This document shows, one piece after another, positions 1 through 11,944 of a DNA stretch of 57,549 bases (the first letter of the stretch is position 1; each line of letters opens with the position of its first letter). Origin of the DNA: Gemmatimonadales bacterium (GTDB taxonomy: Bacteria > Gemmatimonadota > Gemmatimonadetes > Gemmatimonadales > GWC2-71-9); assembly GCA_050733355.1 (NCBI GenBank), contig JBOHSY010000312.1, forward strand, positions 1 to 57,549. The letters are read 5' to 3'. Below the pieces are notes generated by a model. That model was not told the origin of the DNA and searched no databases. It saw only the letters and a program-made list of their open reading frames with translations. The translations under genes were made by a program, and so were the position numbers.

Positions 1-33
1 GATGATCTGTGCGCCGGTCAGGGTCTCACTCAT
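1..33 (-). CDS. 5' end of a gene running off the window (MSETLTGAQII...), possibly acetolactate synthase large subunit
   Basis: ATG at 33-31 on the minus strand. The xTGAQ(I/M)(I/V) start resembles ThDP-dependent acetolactate synthase N-termini, and the gene lies directly downstream of leuA. Only 11 codons are visible. Confidence 0.25.
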   Translation of the reverse strand, partial: MSETLTGAQII

Positions 34-46
34 TGATGACTTTCGA

Positions 47-113
47 GTGGGCAGTGAGCGGTGCGCGGTAAGCAGGTTTCGACCCTGCTCACTGCTCCCT
101 GCTTGCTGCTCAC
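47..113. repeat. Composite palindromic element E1: (GTGAGCG-like heptamer)x4, 7-nt loop, (TGCTCAC-like heptamer)x4
   Basis: Left arm 47-76 is GTGGGCA GTGAGCG GTGCGCG GTAAGCA GG. Loop is 77-83. Right arm 84-113 is CC TGCTCAC TGCTCCC TGCTTGC TGCTCAC. About 30 positions pair on the plus strand (3 mismatches, several G-T). The element starts 1 nt after the leuA stop codon. Confidence 0.8.
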
Positions 114-114
114 T

Positions 115-1665
115 TCAGACTCCCCACAGGCAGTTCGCGTTGTGCGCCGCCGCTTCGAGCTGCTCGGCGTGCCGCGACTTGTTCAGCGCGTGCACCAGCG
201 CGCGCGCACTCGCCTCGACGATGTCGGTCGAGGCGCCCTGCCCGCTCAGCGACTTGCCGTCCACGCGGGCCTGGAGAAAAACCTGCCCGACGCTGTCGCG
301 GCCGGGCGTGACCGACCGGAGCTGCAGGCTGATCACCTCCACCTGGCGTCCGAGGATCTCGCTGATGGCGGTGAACGCCGCCGCGATGGGCCCGTCGCCG
401 CTGCCGCTGGCGGCGCGTTCAACGGCCCAAGGGCCCGTGAGCCGGACCTCCGCGGTCGCGGGCACGCTGCCGCAGACGACCCGTAGATGATTGAGCTGGT
501 ATTCCTCGGGCGCGTCGTGGAACGAATCGTGGAGCAGCGCCAGCAGATCCTCGTCGAGGATCTCGCGCTTGCGGTCCGCCAGCGCGGTGAACTGCCGGTA
601 GATCTCCCCCAGCCGGATCTCGTCCAAGTCGTAGCCAAGCTCGCGGAAGCGCCGGTCCAGGGCGTGCCGGCCGGAGTGCTTGCCCAGCACGAGGGTGGAT
701 TTCGGAATGCCGACCATCTCCGGCCGGATGATCTCGTAGGTCTGCCCGTTGCGGAGCATGCCGTGCTGATGGATGCCCGCCTCGTGCGCGAACGCGTTGC
801 GCCCGACCACCGCCTTGTTGGGCTGGGGAAAGACGCCGGTGAGATACGAGAGCAGCTGACTGGTCCGGTAGATCTCCTGGGTCACGACGTTCGTACGGAA
901 CCCGAGCTGCGGGCGCACGATACCGGCCATGACGAGCTCCTCGAGCGCGGCGTTGCCCGCCCGCTCGCCGATGCCGTTGACCGTGCATTCGACCTGCCCG
1001 CAGCCTGCCTGGATCGCCGCGATGGAGTTCGCCACCGCGAGCCCGAGGTCGTCGTGGCAGTGCGCGCTCAACGTGATCGTGTCGGCGCCCGGCACTCGCT
1101 CCCGCACCGAGCGGAACATCGCGCCGTACTCGGCTGGCGTGGCGTAGCCGACGGTGTCGGGCAGGTTGATCGTCGTCGCGCCCTCGGCGATCGCGGTCTC
1201 CACGGCGCGGCAGAGGAAATCGGGATCGGTGCGGCTCGCGTCCTCCGCGGACCACTCGATGTCGTCCGTGTAGGCGCGCGCGCGGCGCACGCCGTCCCGG
1301 ATCAGCTGAAGCGCGTCGTCCCGGCTGACACGGAGCTTCTCTCGCAGGTGCAGGTCTGAGGTCGAGAGGAAGACGTGGAGCCGGGAACGAGCCGCGCCCC
1401 GGATGGCTTCACCCGCCAGGGCAATGTCGCTGTCGGTGCAGCGGGCGAGCGCCGCGATCGTCGGCCGCCGTACCTCGGCGGCCACCTCGCGGACGCTGCG
1501 GAAATCGCCGTCGGATGCCGCGGGGAAGCCGGCCTCGATCACGTCCACGCCGAGGGCGTCGAGCTGGCGGGCAAGCCGGAGCTTTTCCTCGGGGGTGAGG
1601 CTGTTCCCCGGCGCCTGTTCGCCGTCCCTGAGGGTCGTATCGAAGATGCTGACGTCCCTGGCCAT
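115..1665 (-). CDS. leuA: 2-isopropylmalate synthase
   Basis: Motifs IFDTTLRDGEQ and HCHDDLGLAVANS, plus a C-terminal LeuA dimerisation/regulatory region. The ORF is open to 1716, but ATG 1665 (MARDVSIFDTTLRDGEQ) fits homologue N-termini, and 1716 lies inside the loop of an upstream terminator hairpin. Confidence 0.9.
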   Translation of the reverse strand: MARDVSIFDTTLRDGEQAPGNSLTPEEKLRLARQLDALGVDVIEAGFPAASDGDFRSVREVAAEVRRPTIAALARCTDSDIALAGEAIRGAARSRLHVFLSTSDLHLREKLRVSRDDALQLIRDGVRRARAYTDDIEWSAEDASRTDPDFLCRAVETAIAEGATTINLPDTVGYATPAEYGAMFRSVRERVPGADTITLSAHCHDDLGLAVANSIAAIQAGCGQVECTVNGIGERAGNAALEELVMAGIVRPQLGFRTNVVTQEIYRTSQLLSYLTGVFPQPNKAVVGRNAFAHEAGIHQHGMLRNGQTYEIIRPEMVGIPKSTLVLGKHSGRHALDRRFRELGYDLDEIRLGEIYRQFTALADRKREILDEDLLALLHDSFHDAPEEYQLNHLRVVCGSVPATAEVRLTGPWAVERAASGSGDGPIAAAFTAISEILGRQVEVISLQLRSVTPGRDSVGQVFLQARVDGKSLSGQGASTDIVEASARALVHALNKSRHAEQLEAAAHNANCLWGV

Positions 1666-1690
1666 GCCCTGATCCCGTGTTGGCACTGCA

Positions 1691-1731
1691 TCCAAAAGCG
1701 AAGCGCCGCGGCCCATTCGGGTCCGCGGCGC
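1691..1731 (-). terminator. Intrinsic terminator/attenuator hairpin in the leuA leader
   Basis: Minus-strand RNA reads GCGCCGCGG(ACCC)-loop-(GGG)CCGCGGCGC (plus 1731-1703), followed by UUCGCUUUUGG (1702-1691). It ends 25 nt upstream of the leuA ATG. Confidence 0.6.
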
Positions 1732-1757
1732 TGGTTGGTCCGAGCCTTCGCTCGCTG

Positions 1758-1856
1758 CTACGCTGTCTCGACCAGAACGCCGCGAACCCTCTGCCGCCCG
1801 ATAAGGACGCCAAGAAGGCCGACGAGAAGGACGAGAATCGCGAAGAGGCTGGGCAT
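1758..1856 (-). CDS. Candidate leader peptide, 32 aa, rich in Leu/Val/Ile (MPSLFAILVLLVGLLGVLIGRQRVRGVLVETA)
   Basis: ATG 1856-1854, TAG 1760-1758. 16 of 32 residues are L/V/I, and 4 of 8 Leu codons are CTT. It lies between a consensus-like promoter and the terminator hairpin upstream of leuA. No clear SD. Confidence 0.35.
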   Translation of the reverse strand: MPSLFAILVLLVGLLGVLIGRQRVRGVLVETA

Positions 1857-1925
1857 GCCGGGCTCGGGTGGTGCGGCCGCCGGACGCTGGGCCCGCTCGG
1901 CGCTGTGCATAAAGTTGAGCGTGAC

Positions 1926-1954
1926 AGATTAGGCGGCGGTCGCAGGCGTGTCAA
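1926..1954 (-). promoter_or_regulatory. Sigma-70-like promoter for the leuA leader (TTGACA-N17-TAATCT)
   Basis: The reverse complement of 1949-1954 is TTGACA and of 1926-1931 is TAATCT. The spacer is 17 nt. Confidence 0.5.
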
Positions 1955-1982
1955 GTGGCCCGACGGGCCGCCCTCCGGCGCC

Positions 1983-2011
1983 TTGACGCGCCCGGCCTCG
2001 ATGCATAAGAT
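1983..2011 (+). promoter_or_regulatory. Sigma-70-like promoter for the gltB leader (TTGACG-N17-TAAGAT)
   Basis: TTGACG at 1983-1988, 17-nt spacer, TAAGAT at 2006-2011. It stands back to back with the leuA-leader promoter. Confidence 0.5.
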
Positions 2012-2116
2012 TGCAGACTGATGATTACGCTTTTCGCCCGAATTCCGCTTACCGTCGTCCTCGTCCGCTCCACGGGAGCGCCCGGGATGCGCTAGCGCGC
2101 GCGCGAGACCACCCCC

Positions 2117-2148
2117 GGCCCGCTCCAGATGCTGGAGCGGGCCTTTTT
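2117..2148 (+). terminator. Intrinsic terminator immediately upstream of the gltB start
   Basis: Perfect 12-bp stem GGCCCGCTCCAG (2117-2128) / CTGGAGCGGGCC (2132-2143), followed by TTTTT (2144-2148). GGAGG follows at 2154-2158 and the ATG at 2163. Confidence 0.7.
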
Positions 2149-2162
2149 GTTGCGGAGGCAGC

Positions 2163-6752
<4,590 letters not shown>

Positions 6753-6807
6753 CTCAGCGGACCCGGCTGCACGGCGGCCGCAGATGAGCGCAGCTCGATT
6801 CGTGTGC

Positions 6808-6834
6808 AGCCGCGCTGACCGGCGGCTTTCTGTT
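6808..6834 (+). terminator. Weak terminator-like hairpin after gltB
   Basis: AGCCGC (6808-6813), 8-nt loop, GCGGCT (6822-6827), then TTTCTGTT. The stem is short. Confidence 0.25.
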
Positions 6835-6860
6835 GGCTCCGACCCGCGTAGCTTTCCGCG

Positions 6861-7484
6861 ATGCACCCCCGCCTCCTGGTTGCCTCGCTCCTCGTTGCCG
6901 CGGCCCCGCCGGCGGCGCAGGAGGAGCACTCGGACCTCGGCCTTCAACTCGGTTACTCTCGCGCCAGGCTGAGCGACGACCAGAGCGGCCTGGGCGAGAG
7001 CCGGAGCGGCAGCCTGTTCGGCGTCTTCGTCGGCACGCCCGTAGCCGGCCCGCTCAGCGCCCAGGTCGAGCTGTTCCTCGTCAAGAAGGGCGGAGGCCTG
7101 TCCACGGCGGTGCGGAACGTGCCCGTGCGGGTCAGCGTCCAGCTCGTCTACATCGAGCTTCCGCTGCTGGCCCGGTTCCGGATTCCCGTCGGCGGGCGCC
7201 TTCACCCCAACGTGTTCGGTGGCGGCTCGTTGGCGCTCAACATCGGTTGCGATATCCAGGCCGAGGTCCCCGGCATCCTCGAGCAGCAGGCCTGCGACGA
7301 GGGGGGTGACGTCGAGGTCACGACCTTCGATGCCGGCGCCGTGATCGGTGCCGGATTGGAATACGATTGGCGGAACTCCAACGCGCGGCTCGAGCTCCGC
7401 CAGACCATCGGCCTCCGCGAGGTCTCACAGGGAGACACCGCGAAGAACCGCACTTGGGCCATCCTCTTCGGCATCACGCTCTGA
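6861..7484 (+). CDS. Outer-membrane beta-barrel domain protein (porin-family, 207 aa)
   Basis: Signal peptide MHPRLLVASLLVAAAPPAAQ. Alternating hydrophobic beta-strand pattern with Gly/aromatic-rich strands. C-terminal strand AILFGITL. Confidence 0.55.
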   Translation: MHPRLLVASLLVAAAPPAAQEEHSDLGLQLGYSRARLSDDQSGLGESRSGSLFGVFVGTPVAGPLSAQVELFLVKKGGGLSTAVRNVPVRVSVQLVYIELPLLARFRIPVGGRLHPNVFGGGSLALNIGCDIQAEVPGILEQQACDEGGDVEVTTFDAGAVIGAGLEYDWRNSNARLELRQTIGLREVSQGDTAKNRTWAILFGITL

Positions 7485-7570
7485 CCTGTCGAGCGGCAAC
7501 GCTTGACCGCGTCCGCGCCGGGCCATAGCGTAACGGCACGGGCCGGCAGCGAGCCGAATCAGCCGCGACC

Positions 7571-7598
7571 CGCGCCAGCGAGGGTGGCGCGGCGTTTT
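7571..7598 (+). terminator. Terminator-like hairpin between the OMP and TPR genes
   Basis: CGCGCCA (7571-7577), 7-nt loop, TGGCGCG (7585-7591), followed by GCGTTTTCGG. Confidence 0.3.
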
Positions 7599-7634
7599 CG
7601 GCGCTGCCGGACGCGACGCTCGCCTGGAGGACCC

Positions 7635-9125
7635 ATGCGGAAGCCGAGATACAGCAGGCTCGTGCCGCTCGTCGTGATTGCAGTGACGTTGACGGGATGT
7701 GACCGCTCCAAAGCCGCGGAGGAGACCGGCGTTGCCGGACCGGCCGTCCGGATCCCGGTGACCACGGTGTCGCAGGAGGCGCGGGATCACTACCTGGTGG
7801 GACGGGATCTGATGGACAAGCTGCGCGTGCCGGAGGCGCGGCAGCACCTCGAGCAGGCGGTGGCGCGCGACTCGACGTTCGCCATCGCGCACTACGATCT
7901 GGCACTCAGCGAACCGACGAACCAGGGCTTCCTCGAGCATCTCACCCGCGCCGTCGACCTGTCGGAATCCGCCTCCGACGGCGAGCGCCTGATGATCATG
8001 GCGCTCTATGCGGGGGCCAATGCCGATCCGGTCGAGCAGCGGAAACTCTACGAGCAGCTGGTGACGATCCATCCCCTGGACCCGCGCGCGCACTTCCTGC
8101 TCGGTTTCAGCCAGGCCGGGCAGCAGCATTTCGACGACGCCATCGCGTCCTTCGCGCGCGCCACCGAGCTCGACCCCGAGTTCTCGCCGGCATGGAACGC
8201 CCTGGGCTACGCCTATCGCCCGCTCGGGCGGTACGAGGAGGCCGAGCGGGCGTTCAAGCGATACATCGCACTCATCCCGAGCGAGCCCAACCCCTACGAC
8301 TCCTACGCGGAGCTGCTGCTCAAGACCGGCCGCCACGACGAATCCATTGCGATGTACGGAAAGGCGCTCGAAGCCGACTCGCAATTCGTGCCGTCGTTCG
8401 TCGGCATCGCCGCGAATCTCGTGTACACCGGGCGGCATGCCGCGGCGCGGGAGGAGGCGCAGCGGCTGCGCGCGGCGGCTCGGGACGATGGGGCGAGGCG
8501 AACCGCGTTGCTCACCGCCGCGATCGCGTGGGCGGACGAGGGCAACACGAGCCGCGCGCTGGACGAGCTCGGCGCCCGCCAGGGCATCGCCCGGCGGACC
8601 GGCGACACGCTCGCGATGGCGGAGGACCTCACGCTGATGGGCACGCTCCTGGTCGAGGCGGGGAGAGCCGGCGAGGCCGGCAATCGCTTCCGCCAGTCGC
8701 TGGCCCTGGTCGAACGCGCCGACCTGTCGCCTGCGATCAAGCAGGACGCGCGGCTCCGGCAGCGGTCCAACCTTTCGCGCGTCGCAATCCGGAGGGGGGA
8801 TCTTGCCGGCGCGCGTGCCCAGGCCGCTGCATTCATGGCGGCGGCAACCGCGGGCGGCAACCCTGAGCGGATCCGGGAGGCACACGAGTTGCTTGGGCTG
8901 ATCGCGCTGCGGGCTCGGGATGGCGAAGGAGCACTCCAGCACCTGAGCGAGGCCGATCAGCAGGACCCCTACGTCCTGTTCGCCATGGCCCGGGCACATG
9001 AGCTGAAGGGTGACGCCGGCGACGCCAAGGCCCTTTACGCGAAGGTGGCAACCCACAACGAGTTGCCCAGCCTTCGGTATGCGCTGGTCCGCCGAGCCGC
9101 GCAACGGAAGGCGCCGGTTTCCTGA
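7635..9125 (+). CDS. TPR-repeat lipoprotein
   Basis: Internal ATG 7635 gives MRKPRYSRLVPLVVIAVTLTGC (lipobox LTGC). Multiple TPR-like A/L/Y helical repeats follow. The ORF extension to 7503 is Arg/Pro-rich junk. Confidence 0.7.
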   Translation: MRKPRYSRLVPLVVIAVTLTGCDRSKAAEETGVAGPAVRIPVTTVSQEARDHYLVGRDLMDKLRVPEARQHLEQAVARDSTFAIAHYDLALSEPTNQGFLEHLTRAVDLSESASDGERLMIMALYAGANADPVEQRKLYEQLVTIHPLDPRAHFLLGFSQAGQQHFDDAIASFARATELDPEFSPAWNALGYAYRPLGRYEEAERAFKRYIALIPSEPNPYDSYAELLLKTGRHDESIAMYGKALEADSQFVPSFVGIAANLVYTGRHAAAREEAQRLRAAARDDGARRTALLTAAIAWADEGNTSRALDELGARQGIARRTGDTLAMAEDLTLMGTLLVEAGRAGEAGNRFRQSLALVERADLSPAIKQDARLRQRSNLSRVAIRRGDLAGARAQAAAFMAAATAGGNPERIREAHELLGLIALRARDGEGALQHLSEADQQDPYVLFAMARAHELKGDAGDAKALYAKVATHNELPSLRYALVRRAAQRKAPVS

Positions 9126-9167
9126 CCCGCTGGCGGGGAGGCTGCGGCGGCATGGTAGCCCCTCCCC

Positions 9168-9196
9168 TTGCGAGATGGGGTGTTGTTACGCATACT
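9168..9196 (+). promoter_or_regulatory. Possible promoter of the TetR-ACAD operon (TTGCGA-N17-CATACT)
   Basis: TTGCGA at 9168-9173, 17-nt spacer, CATACT at 9191-9196, inside a local AT-rich island. Confidence 0.3.
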
Positions 9197-9215
9197 TGCT
9201 GAACAACAAGCAAGT
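9181..9215. promoter_or_regulatory. Two interleaved 7-bp inverted repeats, candidate TetR operator(s)
   Basis: TGTTGTT (9181-9187) pairs with AACAACA (9202-9208). ACTTGCT (9194-9200) pairs with AGCAAGT (9209-9215). The site ends 7 nt before the TetR ATG at 9222. Confidence 0.35.
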
Positions 9216-9221
9216 GACCAG

Positions 9222-9878
9222 ATGCTCGGCACCCCTGACCGCGAACGCAACCCTGATCGCACCCGCGAGGCGATTCTCGACGCGGCCGAGCGGCTGTTTG
9301 CTGACCAGGGATACGGCGCCACCAGCCTGAGCCAGGTCGGACAGGCCGCCGGGGTGTCGCGCGGGACGCCCGGCTACTTCTTCGGATCGAAGCCCGAGCT
9401 CTACCGAGCCGTGCTGGAGCGGTGCTTCGGCGAGGTGCGCCGTGCCGTCGCGTCGGGGCGGGAGCGCGCGCTCGCCAGCGGCGAGGCCCCGGCAGTGGTG
9501 CTGGCCGGCGCGGTCGGCGACTACTTCGATTTCCTCGTGGCGCGGCCCAGCTTCGTCCGTCTGCTCGAGCGCCAAGCGCTCGGAAGCGGCAACGGCGCCC
9601 TGCCGGGCGCCGACCATCTCGAGGCCGGCCGCGAAGCCCTCGCCGCCCTCGCTCAGGAGGTCGGACTGGACGCGGGACCGTCCGGCGATGCGGCCCAGCT
9701 CCTGCTCAGCATCGTGTCGCTCTGCTGGTTCCCGCTGGTACACGCGCATACCGTAGCTCCGGCCGTCGGGGTCGCCCTCGACGGCCCCGACGGCCTGGAG
9801 CGACGCAAGCGCCACGTCATCGACCTGGTCCTGTTTGGCGTCCATGGCCGCGCCGCGGCCCTGGCCGATGGCCAATAG
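9222..9878 (+). CDS. TetR/AcrR family transcriptional regulator
   Basis: HTH region TREAILDAAERLFADQGYGATSLSQVGQAAGVSRGTPGYFFGSKPELY. The start is taken at MLGTPDRE. Confidence 0.85.
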   Translation: MLGTPDRERNPDRTREAILDAAERLFADQGYGATSLSQVGQAAGVSRGTPGYFFGSKPELYRAVLERCFGEVRRAVASGRERALASGEAPAVVLAGAVGDYFDFLVARPSFVRLLERQALGSGNGALPGADHLEAGREALAALAQEVGLDAGPSGDAAQLLLSIVSLCWFPLVHAHTVAPAVGVALDGPDGLERRKRHVIDLVLFGVHGRAAALADGQ

Positions 9879-9889
9879 CCGAGGAACCT

Positions 9890-11752
9890 ATGACCGACGT
9901 GCTCGCAGCCCCGACGAAGCGTCCCGATACCCCGCTCGCCACCGAGCAGGAGGCGCGGGAAGTCGCGGAAGCCGCGCGGGAGAAGGAGTGGCAGGCGCCG
10001 AGCTTTGTGCGCGAGCTGTTCGAGGGCTCGTTCCGGCTCGACCTCGTGCACCCCTACCCCACGCAGGATCCCGCGGACATCGCCAAGGCGCGGCCGTTCC
10101 TCGAGCGCCTCGAGCGATTCATGCGTGAAGCGGTGGACAGCGACCGCATCGACCGCGAGGGCAAGATCCCCCCGGAGGTGATCCAGGGTCTTCGCGACCT
10201 CGGTGCGTTCGGCATCAAGATCCCGGAGGAGTACGGCGGCCTCGGGCTGAGCCAGACCAGCTACACCCACGCGATCGGGCTCGTTACCAGCCAGGACGGC
10301 AATCTCACCGCCCTGCTCTCGGCCGCGCAGTCGATCGGCGTGCCGACGCCGCTCAAGCTGTTCGGCACCCCGGAGCAGAAGAAGAAGTACCTCCCGCGGC
10401 TGGCCAGGGGCGCAATCTCCGCATTCGCGCTCACCGAGCCGAACGTGGGCTCGGATCCCGCGGCGATGACCACGACCGCGACGCTCTCCGCCGACGGCAC
10501 GCACTACGTACTGAACGGCGAGAAGCTCTGGTGTACCAACGGCACGATCGCGGAGCTCATGGTCGTCATGGCGCGTAGCGGACCGCGGAAGATCACGGCG
10601 TTCATCGTCGAGACCGGGTGGCCGGGCGTGGAGGTCGCGCAGCGGCTCCACTTCATGGGGCTCAAGGCGCTCGAAAACGGCATCATCCGGTTCCACGACG
10701 TGAAGGTCCCCGCGGAGAACGTCATCTGGGGCGAGGGCAAAGGCCTCAAGCTCGCGCTGGTCACGCTGAACACGGGGCGGCTCACGCTGCCCGCATCGTG
10801 TGCGGCGGCGGGGAAACGCTGCCTGGAGATCGTGCGCCGGTGGGCGTCGGAACGGGTGCAGTGGGGCCAGCCCGTCGGCAAGCACGACATGATCGCGCAG
10901 AAGATCGGCCGGATGGCGGCCGACGTCTTCGCCATGGAAGCGGTCTCGGACCTGGCGTCCCTCATGGCCGACGCCGGCCGGACCGACATCCGGCTCGAGG
11001 CCGCGATGGCCAAGATGTGGAACACCGAGACCGCGTGGCGCATCGCCGACGACACCCTTCAGATCAGGGGCGGACGCGGCTACGAGACCGCCGACAGCCT
11101 GCGCAGCCGGGGCGAGCGCCCGGAGCCGATCGAACGGATGATGCGCGACATGCGCATCAATCTGATCTTCGAGGGCTCGAGCGAGATCATGCGGCTGTTC
11201 ATCGCGCGGGAGGCGGTGGACACGCACCTGAAGGTGGCGGGCGCGCTGATCGACCCGAAGACGCCGACGGCGGACAAGATCCGGAGCCTCGTCCGCTCCG
11301 GCGCCTACTACGCGACCTGGTATCCGCGGCTGTACCTCGGCTGGGGCCGCGCACCACAGTATGGAGAGTTCGGAACCCTGGCGCCGCACCTCCGGTTCGT
11401 GAACCGCTCCGCGCGCCGGCTCGGCCGGACACTGTTCCACTGCATGCTTCGCTTCGGCCCGAAGCTCGAGAAGCGGCAGCAGGTGCTTGCCCGGCTGGTC
11501 GAGATCGGCGCGGAGCTGCTGGCGATCACCGCTGCCTGCGCGCGGGCGCACGCGATGGCCAAGGCGGGCGGGCAGGCGGGCGGCGGCCCCCTGGAACTGG
11601 CGGACGTGTTCAGCCGGCAGGCGAGACGGCGAGTGGAAGAGAAGTTCGAGGCCGTATGGGATAACGACGATACGGCTACCTACGCTGCCGCCCAGAACGT
11701 CCTTCGAGGCGAGCATGGCTGGTTGGAGAGTGGGGTGGTGGGAAATTTGTAA
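9890..11752 (+). CDS. Acyl-CoA dehydrogenase family protein (long form, 620 aa)
   Basis: ATG 9890 is preceded by GAGGAA. ACAD N-terminal, middle and C-terminal domain signatures (LTEPNVGSDPAAM, IRGGRGYETAD, IFEGSSEIMR) plus a C-terminal extension. It starts 11 nt after TetR. The 9422 ORF start is an Arg-rich artefact. Confidence 0.88.
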   Translation: MTDVLAAPTKRPDTPLATEQEAREVAEAAREKEWQAPSFVRELFEGSFRLDLVHPYPTQDPADIAKARPFLERLERFMREAVDSDRIDREGKIPPEVIQGLRDLGAFGIKIPEEYGGLGLSQTSYTHAIGLVTSQDGNLTALLSAAQSIGVPTPLKLFGTPEQKKKYLPRLARGAISAFALTEPNVGSDPAAMTTTATLSADGTHYVLNGEKLWCTNGTIAELMVVMARSGPRKITAFIVETGWPGVEVAQRLHFMGLKALENGIIRFHDVKVPAENVIWGEGKGLKLALVTLNTGRLTLPASCAAAGKRCLEIVRRWASERVQWGQPVGKHDMIAQKIGRMAADVFAMEAVSDLASLMADAGRTDIRLEAAMAKMWNTETAWRIADDTLQIRGGRGYETADSLRSRGERPEPIERMMRDMRINLIFEGSSEIMRLFIAREAVDTHLKVAGALIDPKTPTADKIRSLVRSGAYYATWYPRLYLGWGRAPQYGEFGTLAPHLRFVNRSARRLGRTLFHCMLRFGPKLEKRQQVLARLVEIGAELLAITAACARAHAMAKAGGQAGGGPLELADVFSRQARRRVEEKFEAVWDNDDTATYAAAQNVLRGEHGWLESGVVGNL

Positions 11753-11762
11753 CTGCTGGTAA

Positions 11763-11899
11763 GGCGGGAGGGGCGGTAGAGACGGTACGGGCGGTCAGGG
11801 AGCGGCGAGAGTGGGAAGGCGGCCCGGTGGATGCCCCTGCCGGCTTTCGCAGCTGTGCAACCCCGGTACCGCCCGTACCGTCTCTACCGCCCTCCCGCC
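11763..11899. repeat. Composite palindromic element E2: 33/32-nt inverted arms with roughly 9-nt GGCGG periodicity, 72-nt core
   Basis: The left arm is GGCGGGAGGGGCGGTAGAGACGGTACGGGCGGT (11763-11795). The right arm ACCGCCCGTACCGTCTCTACCGCCCTCCCGCC (11868-11899) is its reverse complement apart from a 1-nt indel. The element lies between the ACAD stop (11752) and the queF ATG (11945). Confidence 0.85.
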
Positions 11900-11944
11900 C
11901 ACGTTTCTCCTGTTCTCACCGCCCTTCGCTACTACATTACCGGC

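Noticed and set aside
1666-1716. Longer leuA start at 1716 (MGRGASLLDAVPTRDQG-).
   Set aside because: The ATG lies in the loop of the upstream terminator hairpin, and the extra 17 residues have no counterpart in LeuA N-termini. ATG 1665 gives MARDVSIFDTTLRDGEQ.
2012-2116. Glutamine (glnA-type) riboswitch in the gltB leader.
   Set aside because: No recognisable three-stem junction or conserved glnA RNA nucleotides by eye. The region is kept only as a generic attenuator candidate.
9125-9167. GGGGAGG...CCTCCCC hairpin after the TPR gene as another member of the tandem-repeat element family.
   Set aside because: It is a single short stem with no internal direct-repeat periodicity. It is treated as an ordinary weak hairpin.
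9422-9889. N-terminal extensions in the track for the ACAD (9422). Likewise for the GGDEF (29163), the tandem kinase (31117), pepF (to 36063), the MFS (to 40697), the SBP (to 43088) and the TPR protein (7503).
   Set aside because: The extensions are Arg/Pro-rich and overlap the preceding gene. Internal starts with SD sequences, signal peptides or 4-nt stop/start overlaps fit better.
11900-11944. preQ1 riboswitch upstream of queF.
   Set aside because: I could not see the small hairpin plus A-rich tail of preQ1-I, or a preQ1-II/III layout. This needs a covariance-model scan to be sure.
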